This document shows, in pieces, positions 9,170-17,133 of a stretch of DNA of 64,000 nt; position 1 is the first letter of the stretch; the number at the start of each line of letters is the position of its first letter. The notes below the pieces were generated by a model, which saw only the letters and a program-made list of their open reading frames with translations, made no database searches and was not told the origin of the DNA. The stretch is from an uncultured bacterium (GTDB taxonomy: Bacteria; Patescibacteriota; Minisyncoccia; Phycocordibacterales; UBA9973), in the NCBI GenBank assembly GCA_903894955.1, contig CAITSA010000028.1:8495-72494 (forward strand), read 5' to 3'. The translations under genes and the position numbers were made by a program.

Positions 9170-9209
9170 ATAATAATAAATATAACAGAAAACTTATAAA
9201 AATAAAAGC

Positions 9210-9890
9210 TTATGCAATTTTTGATATATATTCTATAGCACCTAAGATTTTATTTCGTAAAGTTGTGCCTTTTCTTACTTTAACCCTTAAAATACCTTTA
9301 TACTTTTCTATGTTTTTCAAAGAAGCTTTTTTAAGATTCGTCTGAATATAAGTAGTTTTTGAAAATTGTTCTTTGGTAATACCTAAGAAGTTTATCCAAA
9401 AGGATTTTATATTATTTTCTTCTTTCCTAAAAAATTCATTCAAAGTAAGACGAAAGATAAGAGAATCTTTTTCCACATTCCATAATCCTAACCATTTAAA
9501 ATAAAAACGTATCATGTATGGATTACTGTTTGTAAACCCAAATTCACCATTTTCATATTTATAGCCTTCTCCCCAATACAATCCAAAACCAACCATTAAA
9601 ATATCTCTATCCGATAACGTACCTAAGGCTTTGATACCCTCTTGTCTTTGTAAAATATTTCTTTCAATTCTTTCTTTTCTCTTTAATTCAGAAAATCTTA
9701 AAAGACCCCTGACGGATTCTAGCTTTCCTTGTGTTTTTATTTTTTTTATTGCAGATTCAGTGAGAATCATGTCTTTACACCAAAAACTAAGAGTGGATTT
9801 TGTGACATTTAACTTTTTTGAAATATCACCTAAACTCATACCACTTTTCCGCATTTTTTTTGCTGTTTCTTTTACTTGTGGATAGTACAT
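9210..9890 (-). CDS. hypothetical DNA-binding protein (N-terminal HTH; possible degenerate LAGLIDADG-like GFGLYWGEGY segment)
   Basis: The ORF-track start at 9986 runs into AT-rich junk. The likely start is M33 at 9890 or M45 at 9854. HTH segment LGDISKKLNVTKSTLSFW. Confidence 0.4.
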   Translation of the reverse strand: MYYPQVKETAKKMRKSGMSLGDISKKLNVTKSTLSFWCKDMILTESAIKKIKTQGKLESVRGLLRFSELKRKERIERNILQRQEGIKALGTLSDRDILMVGFGLYWGEGYKYENGEFGFTNSNPYMIRFYFKWLGLWNVEKDSLIFRLTLNEFFRKEENNIKSFWINFLGITKEQFSKTTYIQTNLKKASLKNIEKYKGILRVKVRKGTTLRNKILGAIEYISKIA

Positions 9891-9966
9891 AAGGTATATT
9901 ATAACTAAGAGTGAGTACAAAAACAACTTGCGTATTTTAAAAATATAATATAAAATAATCTGTATA

Positions 9967-10278
9967 GCGGGGTAGAGAAGAGGCATCTCGTAAGGCTCAG
10001 CGGTATAAAATGGGCCCCCTCTTGGGAAACCTTGAGGTGAGCATTCGTCAAATTCGGAGAAATCCTCTCTGTTAATTAATAGAAGGACAATTCCGAGCTA
10101 AATTTTTTAACTTATGTTAAAAATAAATGTGTAGAGACTAGATGGCGAACTCCTTAATCTTTAAATTTATTTTTAGACAGGAGATGGTATAGTCCAGACC
10201 ACAAATTCAATTTGAAGCAGTGAAAACTGAAGTGGTAAAGCATAACCTTAAGACTCACGTTCGATTCGTGACCCCGCA
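9967..10278 (+). ncRNA. ssrA: candidate tmRNA (ssrA)
   Basis: About 312 nt GC-enriched non-coding stretch. The 5' GCGGGG pairs with 3' CCCCGC-A, and a canonical T-arm TCACG-TTCGATT-CGTGA lies immediately 5' of it. A possible tag reading frame GCA..taa tag is at 10041-10082. No G3:U70 pair seen. Confidence 0.4.
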
Positions 10279-10367
10279 ACTCTTCGTCGCAAAGCTCCTC
10301 AGAGTCTGCGACCGCTAGTATCTTTACGAAGAAGATACTGACGAAATATTAATGAGGAAGTAGAAAG

Positions 10368-11003
10368 CTAGATATAGCCATACTCATGAAAAATCTGCTC
10401 GTATAAAGCGATTACTCTTTTGGCTTCGTGTTGTGAAAGTTCAAAAGCTAAACCTTCATGGGCTATTCTGTTTCTAACAGTATGGACTTCCCAAGCTTTG
10501 GTCAGATTAGGAAAATTTTCTTGATTGGCTAATTTTAATCTATCACCTAAAGTTTCACCCCTAAAACCTAATTGATCCATCAAATTCTCCAGCATAGAGT
10601 CTGCCTCAATAATGGCAAGCTTCCAATCACTTGCATGTTGAGAAAACAGATAACTCAGGGTCTTGCTCCAACGTTCATTTTTTGAACCTCCGACTTCTTC
10701 ATGCAAATGTTTTTCATATTCAGCTTTATTGTGCGCATACTCCTCTATCTCATGTTTTAAATGCTTTTTTTCTTTAGCTCTGATTTCCAACAACCGAACG
10801 GCGGTATAACAAATTATTACCAAAAAAAACATGGCCAAAAAGAAAAGGGCTGTCTTCCCAAGATTTGTCACTTGTTCGCTAAAAATATAAGAAAAAAAAT
10901 TGTGAAGATAGGTAACCCCGTGATTAAATAAATATCCCGGATCAAAATATTTAGAATCAAAAAAGGAACCGGACAGCAAATTATTTTGATTGACTGTTTC
11001 CAT
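10368..11003 (-). CDS. hypothetical membrane-anchored protein with HEPN-like Rx4H motif (RNRIAH) in the C-terminal domain
   Basis: 211 aa. One TM segment (ALFFLAMFFLVIICY), then a coiled charged region and a C-terminal helical domain. Confidence 0.4.
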   Translation of the reverse strand: METVNQNNLLSGSFFDSKYFDPGYLFNHGVTYLHNFFSYIFSEQVTNLGKTALFFLAMFFLVIICYTAVRLLEIRAKEKKHLKHEIEEYAHNKAEYEKHLHEEVGGSKNERWSKTLSYLFSQHASDWKLAIIEADSMLENLMDQLGFRGETLGDRLKLANQENFPNLTKAWEVHTVRNRIAHEGLAFELSQHEAKRVIALYEQIFHEYGYI

Positions 11004-11047
11004 ATATAGTAAATTATACCCTGTAGCAGAATTTTTTCAAAATTCTG

Positions 11048-12484
11048 CTACAGGGCTATATTAGCCTCAAATTTCTTGCCAATTTCAAAGAGTAAATCCT
11101 CTGCCCCATGTGAGGCCATAAGTTGAATTCCAAGTGGTAATCTTTTTCCTGCCTGCGCAAGGTCTTCTATTTCCATGAAACCTGATGGTAAAGAAACAGC
11201 TGGCACGCCGACAAGGTTAGCGGTCACGGTAAAGATATCAGCTAAATACATAGAAAGTGGATCACTTTTCTCCCCTATTTTCCAAGCCGGAATGGGAGAG
11301 GTTGGTGTTAAGATTAAATCAACTTCAGAAAATAATTCTATAAACTCTTTTCTTAAAGCTATTCTGGCTTTTTGTGCCTTGCCATAATAAGCATCATAAT
11401 ATCCAGCCGAAAGCACGTAAGCGCCAAGTAAAATTCTTCTGCGAGTTTCCTTGCCAAAACCAGCGCCCTTGGTTAGTAAATAGTCTTCCAGTAAATTTTT
11501 ACCATCTTTATGCAAACCGTATCTTACTCCATCAAAACGAGCTAGGTTAGTTGAAACTTCAGCAAAATTAATAATGTAATATAGAGCTAGGCAATTTGGT
11601 AATTTAATATCTTTAATTTTATAACCTAAATTCTCAAAACTTTTTACTACTTCTTCAAAATTTTTCTTTATTTCAAGATTAATTCCTTCTTGATTTATCA
11701 AGTCCCAAGGTACACCAATAATTAATTCTTTTTTGAGAGAAATTTTCTCATAAAAGTTATCAGGAACACTAGTGCTGTCTAAGATATCGTTTCCTTTTAT
11801 GACATCAAATATAATTTGAGCATCTTCTGTCGTTTTAGTAATTGGCCCAATAACATCAAAAGATGATACTGCCGCGATAAGGCCATAACGAGAGACTCCC
11901 CCATAAGTAGGTTTCATTCCAACTACTCCACAAAAAGCAGCTGGGTGACGAACTGAGCCTCCAGTATCTGAACCTAAGGACGCCAATGCCATATTACTGG
12001 CCACGGCAACGGCTGAACCACCAGAAGTACCTCCAGGCACTCTATTGGTATCGTGAGGATTTTTGGTCACTCCATAGGCAGAATTTTCAGTCGAACTCCC
12101 TAAGGCAAATTCATCCATATTTGTTCGGCCCAGAAATACCGCTCCTTGTTTCTTCAACTTAATTATTGCAGTGGCGTCATAAGAAGCTGTATAATTTTCT
12201 AAAATTTTTGAGGCCGAAGAAACTTTTCTACCTTTGATTAAAATAACATCTTTAATGGCCAAAGGAATACCCAAAAGCGGAGATGAATCCCCTTTAGCGA
12301 TCCGCTCATCTGCCTCTTTTGCTTGATCTAACACATCATCATAGACTTCTAAATAAGCATTGAGTTCTTTGTTTTTCTTTTCAATCTCAGCTAAATAAGC
12401 TTTCGCTAAATCTACCGCGGAAAAAATTTTTCCATCAAGAGCCACTCTTGCTTTAGTGATAGTGAGAGTATCTAAATCAATCAT
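11048..12484 (-). CDS. gatA: Glu-tRNA(Gln)/Asp-tRNA(Asn) amidotransferase subunit A
   Basis: 478 aa with amidase signature GGSSGGSAVAVAS. Confidence 0.9.
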   Translation of the reverse strand: MIDLDTLTITKARVALDGKIFSAVDLAKAYLAEIEKKNKELNAYLEVYDDVLDQAKEADERIAKGDSSPLLGIPLAIKDVILIKGRKVSSASKILENYTASYDATAIIKLKKQGAVFLGRTNMDEFALGSSTENSAYGVTKNPHDTNRVPGGTSGGSAVAVASNMALASLGSDTGGSVRHPAAFCGVVGMKPTYGGVSRYGLIAAVSSFDVIGPITKTTEDAQIIFDVIKGNDILDSTSVPDNFYEKISLKKELIIGVPWDLINQEGINLEIKKNFEEVVKSFENLGYKIKDIKLPNCLALYYIINFAEVSTNLARFDGVRYGLHKDGKNLLEDYLLTKGAGFGKETRRRILLGAYVLSAGYYDAYYGKAQKARIALRKEFIELFSEVDLILTPTSPIPAWKIGEKSDPLSMYLADIFTVTANLVGVPAVSLPSGFMEIEDLAQAGKRLPLGIQLMASHGAEDLLFEIGKKFEANIAL

Positions 12485-12753
12485 AATATCTTTTTTACTT
12501 TTAAAAATCCATCTTGCGCATCAGGAAATTGTTTCACAATAAGTTCTGGGGAAAAATCACGTTGTTCTATCGTATCTTCCCGCCAAACATTGCGAACACC
12601 ATGTTCTGGTTCTGTGTCTTCAATTTTCATCTCTTCTATTTGTTTTACATAACCCAAAATACTATCCATGTCATGGAGTAAATCTCTTTTTTCATCTTCC
12701 GAGAGCTCAATTCTTGCAAGTTTTGCTAGGTTTTCTACATCTTTAATATCCAT
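12481..12753 (-). CDS. gatC: Glu-tRNA(Gln)/Asp-tRNA(Asn) amidotransferase subunit C
   Basis: 90 aa, LARIELSEDE... GatC-like. Overlaps the gatA start by 4 nt. Confidence 0.8.
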   Translation of the reverse strand: MDIKDVENLAKLARIELSEDEKRDLLHDMDSILGYVKQIEEMKIEDTEPEHGVRNVWREDTIEQRDFSPELIVKQFPDAQDGFLKVKKIL

Positions 12754-12798
12754 ATAAAAAGTATAACAAAAATAGTAAAAATATAAAAACTTATATTT

Positions 12799-13692
12799 TT
12801 ACCCCACTAGCGCTTTAATTCTTTCTTCTATTGGTGGATGAGTGGCAAAAAAACCACTGATTTTTTTACCCAATTTTGAACCTTTAGGATCAGCTATGTA
12901 GAGATGTGCAATAGCACTAGATTGATGAACCATTGGCTGGCTATATTGAGAAATTTTACGAAGCGCATTGGCTAGTCCTTCTGGATAGCGAGTAAGCAAC
13001 GCACCAGAAGCATCAGCTAGAAATTCGCGTTTTCTAGAAATAGCTAATTGAATCAAGATCGCGATTAGTGGAGCCAAGATAGATAGAATAATTCCAATAA
13101 TCATAAAAATAGCATTACTTCCCCCTTCATTGTCTCTACTTTTTCCTAAATTACCGAAAAATAAATTTCGCCTGAAAACATCTGCAATGATAGAAATAAA
13201 TCCTACAAGTACCACTACCACCGTCGAAAGCAACATGTCGCGATTGCCGACATGCGAAAGTTCATGCGCGATCACTCCCTCTAGTTCTGTTTTGTCTAAA
13301 ATACCAAGCAACCCAGTCGTTACTGCCACTACTGCATGTTCTTTGTTTCGCCCAGTAGCAAAAGCGTTCGGTGCATTGTCGGTAACAATATACACTTTAG
13401 GCATAGGAAGTCCGGCTGTAATAGCAAGGTTCTCAACAGTAGTATATAAATTAAAATTATCTTCTCTTTTGGCAATTTTGGCTCCAGCTAAAGTAAGAAC
13501 AATTTTATCTGAAAACCAATAGGAAAAAATATTCATTAAAATACTAAAAATAACAAAAAAATACAAAATATTCGGATTACCATAATAAAGACTAAAAGCC
13601 CAACCAAGGCCAATAACAACAATAAAAAATATTGACATTAGAAGCCAAGTTTTCATCACGTTCTTTGATTGTTCAGTATAAAGGTTTGTCAT
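12799..13692 (-). CDS. htpX: M48-family zinc metalloprotease HtpX
   Basis: HELSHVGNRD zincin motif, 4 TM segments. Confidence 0.85.
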   Translation of the reverse strand: MTNLYTEQSKNVMKTWLLMSIFFIVVIGLGWAFSLYYGNPNILYFFVIFSILMNIFSYWFSDKIVLTLAGAKIAKREDNFNLYTTVENLAITAGLPMPKVYIVTDNAPNAFATGRNKEHAVVAVTTGLLGILDKTELEGVIAHELSHVGNRDMLLSTVVVVLVGFISIIADVFRRNLFFGNLGKSRDNEGGSNAIFMIIGIILSILAPLIAILIQLAISRKREFLADASGALLTRYPEGLANALRKISQYSQPMVHQSSAIAHLYIADPKGSKLGKKISGFFATHPPIEERIKALVG

Positions 13693-13697
13693 GGTTT

Positions 13698-14759
13698 TTA
13701 TTTCTTCTGGGCTGAATTATAACTTTTAATTACCGATTGGATATATTCTCCCTTACAGCCGAGAGTTTGAATTTTATTTGGGTCAAGATTGTTTTCCACA
13801 AACAGGCCTAGGGTTCCATAAAAATATATTTGAATGGCATATTTACTCAAATCTGTTTTATCAGAAACACTAAACTGTGGAGTGGTAGGTTTAGTATTAT
13901 CTATTTCTTTAACAATATCAAGGGGGCATGAAATATACTGAAGAGCTAATTTTTTACCAGTAATATCTACCAAGGTACTGTCTTCTCCATAAGATAACTT
14001 AAAATCGCAAGCATTTTGTAATTTAATAATTTCAAAAACATTTGGAAAGAAATCATCTTTTAGAATACCCTTAGCGTTTTCACAATTTACAGCGCTAGCC
14101 CCCAAGCAAGAGAGTACAGGATTATTTTTATAAGTGGTAGGATCATCTAATTTAGGAGCCACACCTATTCCACAATCTTTAACTTTGGCCACTGGTTGCA
14201 TTACAGGAGTTTGGACTACTGCATTATTATCCAACGGTGCCTTATTTGTATTAAAAATTTTTCCAAAATCAAAAGCCGGCATTTTAAAAGAAGGAATATG
14301 GATATTTTTAAAACTATTTACTAATGAGTTCCAAGAATTGGTAGACAATTCTTGGGAGCTCTTAACTGAAGAATTCCAAAAATTAATTATTTGTGGTCGA
14401 TAAAAATACAAAGAAAATACACAAAACAACCCGATGATAATTAAAATTAAAATTTGCCAATTTAATTTTAATTTTAATTTTTGAGTTGGGGTTGGAGTTG
14501 GAGTTTCTGTCGTTGAAATTATTGGTTTTTCCAGCGTAGAGATATCTGGACCGAGTGCTGGAACAATTTCATCTTGTTTTTTTTGAAAAACAAGATTAGG
14601 GAGAACAATCCCTTGCATTGGAATTACAGTTCTAAAGGCTGCGCTTAAATCAGCCTCACTCCATTTACCACTAGAAATCAATGATTTGTAAATTTCTTCA
14701 CGAGTTTTGCCTTTAGAAATTTCTGTTCGTACATATTCTAAAATTTCTGGAGTAACCAT
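13698..14759 (-). CDS. hypothetical membrane protein (cytoplasmic N-domain, TPTPTPT linker, TM, Cys-containing extracytoplasmic domain)
   Basis: 353 aa ORF. No family recognised. Confidence 0.4.
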   Translation of the reverse strand: MVTPEILEYVRTEISKGKTREEIYKSLISSGKWSEADLSAAFRTVIPMQGIVLPNLVFQKKQDEIVPALGPDISTLEKPIISTTETPTPTPTQKLKLKLNWQILILIIIGLFCVFSLYFYRPQIINFWNSSVKSSQELSTNSWNSLVNSFKNIHIPSFKMPAFDFGKIFNTNKAPLDNNAVVQTPVMQPVAKVKDCGIGVAPKLDDPTTYKNNPVLSCLGASAVNCENAKGILKDDFFPNVFEIIKLQNACDFKLSYGEDSTLVDITGKKLALQYISCPLDIVKEIDNTKPTTPQFSVSDKTDLSKYAIQIYFYGTLGLFVENNLDPNKIQTLGCKGEYIQSVIKSYNSAQKK

Positions 14760-14770
14760 AAATTCAAAAA

Positions 14771-15322
14771 CTAGAACTTCACTTCAACGGGATTCTGGGC
14801 AACGTCGTTGTCAGGAAGATCAAAGAATTCCATTTTAGAGAAATTAAACATACCGGCAATAAGATTACCTGGAAAACTTTCAATAGAAATATTCAAATCT
14901 CGAACATTGATATTGTAGAATCTACGAGCAGCTTGAATTTTATTTTCTGTATCTGAAAGTTCGTTCTGGAGTGCCAAGAAATTCTGATTGGCTTTTAAAT
15001 CTGGATAAGCTTCGGCAATGGCAAAAACGGATTTCAAGGCTCCGGTAAGCATATTTTCTGCTTGTCCTTTATCTGCTAAATTACTTCCCGCACCCATCGC
15101 AACTGATCTCGCCTTAGTAACATTCTCAAAAGCGCTAGATTCGTGAGTAGCGTATCCCTTTACAGTATTTACTAAATTTGGAATTAAATCATATCGACGC
15201 TTCAACTGCACTTCAATATCCGCCCAAGCTTCTCTAGCTCGGTTACGAAGAGAAACAAAACGATTAAAAATAAAGATTAATAATAAAACTACAACTCCTA
15301 AAATTATTAAAAGATACATCAT
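14771..15322 (-). CDS. lemA: LemA family protein
   Basis: The true start is likely MMYLLIIL at 15322. The ORF-track start at 15358 is a TTG inside the MITE terminal repeat. Confidence 0.75.
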   Translation of the reverse strand: MMYLLIILGVVVLLLIFIFNRFVSLRNRAREAWADIEVQLKRRYDLIPNLVNTVKGYATHESSAFENVTKARSVAMGAGSNLADKGQAENMLTGALKSVFAIAEAYPDLKANQNFLALQNELSDTENKIQAARRFYNINVRDLNISIESFPGNLIAGMFNFSKMEFFDLPDNDVAQNPVEVKF

Positions 15323-15337
15323 ACTTGTATTGTAGCA

Positions 15338-15414
15338 CCCAGTAGTGAATTTTGGCAATGTGCTAGGGCACGTAAATTTTTTTAAAATTTACCTTGCCAA
15401 AATCTACTACTGGG
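15338..15414. mobile_element. 77-bp MITE copy A (21-bp TIR cccagtagtgaattttggcaa / ttgccaaaatctactactggg; flanking 5-bp direct repeat TAGCA)
   Basis: Near-perfect terminal inverted repeats. Target-site-duplication-like TAGCA at 15333-15337 and 15415-15419. A second copy is at 22533-22609. Confidence 0.7.
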
Positions 15415-15467
15415 TAGCACTTATTTCCCGTCTGCAAAAGCTAGGCTTTAGCATTACGGGCAGGTTT

Positions 15468-15512
15468 CTTCTGCCACTCTTCTACTAAGACCAGTAGTGG
15501 TAAGTCTAAGAA
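15468..15512. repeat. about 45-bp degenerate duplicate of the secF 3' end (ttctgccactcttctactaagacca...)
   Basis: About 87% identical to 16196-16240, which encodes the SecF C-terminus LLVLVEEWQKK. Confidence 0.5.
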
Positions 15513-15548
15513 AACGCCAGTAATAAGGACAGTCCTTGCTACTTTTTG

Positions 15549-16130
15549 CTATTCTTTTATTGCTTCAAGAATCATAGGAAGAAGAGAACTTGTTTTTTTC
15601 CCTGTACTTTCGTTCATGTCAAAAAACGCTGCGCTCCAAACAGACATTTCCTTTTCATCCAGAGTTATGGGGCGAGGTTCCGATGTTATTTTCAAACCAA
15701 CTTCATTTAAAACTTCCATTATATAATTAATACAAGCTTTTGTATCTACTATTATTATTTTCCCGTCTTTTTTTAAGACATTTTTTATATCTCTCATGAG
15801 TCTCGCGTATTTTTGTTTGTCTTCTTCAATAGTCGTTGAAGCTTCTTCTTTTGTGTTCAATTCTCCCATTAAAAAATTGGCACTCGCTTCACTAATTGTT
15901 CCTTCCAAAAATGGCAAATGGGAATCAATATCACTTTTCCAAATTATTGTATGTAAATTTTTAAGTTTTGAAGTTGAATTTTTGTTATTTGAAAGATTTG
16001 GAAATGGATCAAGTATAACAAAAGTTTTGTCTGGATTTTCTTTTGCCTTATTAAAAAGATACTCTCCTGTTCCGCCACCCACATCAATATGTATTTCTGG
16101 CTTTTGTGTTGGGATTAATTCGTTTCTCAT
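15549..16130 (-). CDS. small class I SAM-dependent methyltransferase
   Basis: 193 aa with motif I IDVGGGTGEY. Confidence 0.6.
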   Translation of the reverse strand: MRNELIPTQKPEIHIDVGGGTGEYLFNKAKENPDKTFVILDPFPNLSNNKNSTSKLKNLHTIIWKSDIDSHLPFLEGTISEASANFLMGELNTKEEASTTIEEDKQKYARLMRDIKNVLKKDGKIIIVDTKACINYIMEVLNEVGLKITSEPRPITLDEKEMSVWSAAFFDMNESTGKKTSSLLPMILEAIKE

Positions 16131-16161
16131 AATTTGATTATATTATTTGTGCGAGTTAAAA

Positions 16162-16186
16162 AATATCAAGGACTACCCTTGATATT
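16162..16186. terminator. rho-independent terminator after secF
   Basis: Hairpin aatatcaagg-actac-ccttgatatt with a T-run after it in both orientations. Confidence 0.6.
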
Positions 16187-16187
16187 T

Positions 16188-17090
16188 TTATTTTTTTTTC
16201 TGCCACTCTTCTACTAAGACCAAAAGTGGTGAGGCCAAGAAAATTGAAGAATATGTTCCAAAAAACATTCCAGCGGTAAGCATAAGAGCAAAATACCTTG
16301 TAGAAACAGGACCAAAGAAGAATAAGGCAAGTAACACCAAAATAACGGTCAATGATGTACAAATAGATCGGACATATGATTGCTCTAAGCTTTTACCAAC
16401 TATTTCACCAAAATTTATTTTAGCTATTGTGTTTTGATTTCTTAAATTTTCCCTGATTCGATCAAAAATAACTATCGTATCCGAAACAGAAAGACCTAAA
16501 ATAGTAAGAACTGCGACCACAAAAAGAGTATCGAGTTCTGCTCCATAATAATGAGAAAGTATCACAAACAATCCGACCGGTATCGCTACGTCATGTAAAA
16601 GTGTAATGATAGCAATGAGACCATATCTCCAAGAAGAAACTGGTTTAGAAACTTTTCTAAACGCAAAAGCAATAAAACAAATAATGGCCAAGGAAATTAA
16701 AATAATTGCCAAAATTGCTTTTCTGGTAAGTTCTTGACCAACTGTTGGTCCAACAGAATTAAAACTCATTTCCGTAAGAGGGTTATTGTTATTTAAAGAA
16801 AGTGTTTGTAATAAAGTGGTATGTTCCGAATCGCTCAAATCCCGAGTCTTAACAATATAACCAAAATCCCCTGTTGGCTGAAGAAGCACAGAACCGAAAC
16901 CAAGAGAAGCTAAAGACTTATCTAAAATGTCTTGAGCGGGACGCTCTGTTTTATAAACAACTTCCGTCAACGCTCCACCTTTAAAATCAATACCAACATT
17001 AAATCCAAAGACAAATAAAGAGAGGAGTGAAAGAGCGACCAAGACTACTGATATGCTAATGAATATTTTTTTGTATTTTATTATGAACAT
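16188..17090 (-). CDS. secF: protein-export membrane protein SecF
   Basis: 300 aa with SecF topology and motifs (GIDFKGG...). Confidence 0.85.
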   Translation of the reverse strand: MFIIKYKKIFISISVVLVALSLLSLFVFGFNVGIDFKGGALTEVVYKTERPAQDILDKSLASLGFGSVLLQPTGDFGYIVKTRDLSDSEHTTLLQTLSLNNNNPLTEMSFNSVGPTVGQELTRKAILAIILISLAIICFIAFAFRKVSKPVSSWRYGLIAIITLLHDVAIPVGLFVILSHYYGAELDTLFVVAVLTILGLSVSDTIVIFDRIRENLRNQNTIAKINFGEIVGKSLEQSYVRSICTSLTVILVLLALFFFGPVSTRYFALMLTAGMFFGTYSSIFLASPLLVLVEEWQKKK

Positions 17091-17133
17091 ATAAATTTAG
17101 TTATAAAGTTAAAAGTTTGTAAAGTTTGTAAAG

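Noticed and set aside
9967-10278. Alternative identities for the structured RNA: RNase P RNA, SRP RNA, 6S RNA, intron-containing tRNA
   Set aside because: No P4-type AGGAAAGUCCGGGC motif, no SRP domain IV motif, and the 5' half is not tRNA-like. The tmRNA assignment is kept only as a candidate.
15323-15358. N-terminal extension MPKFTTGCYNTS of LemA, and the analogous MPKSTTGCYYIF at 22518-22553
   Set aside because: Encoded by the terminal inverted repeat of the MITE and initiated at a TTG inside it. Treated as an ORF-calling artefact; true starts taken at the first ATG downstream.
16156-16362. 68-aa ORF overlapping the secF 3' end
   Set aside because: Alternative frame of the secF C-terminus and terminator. 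No independent support.
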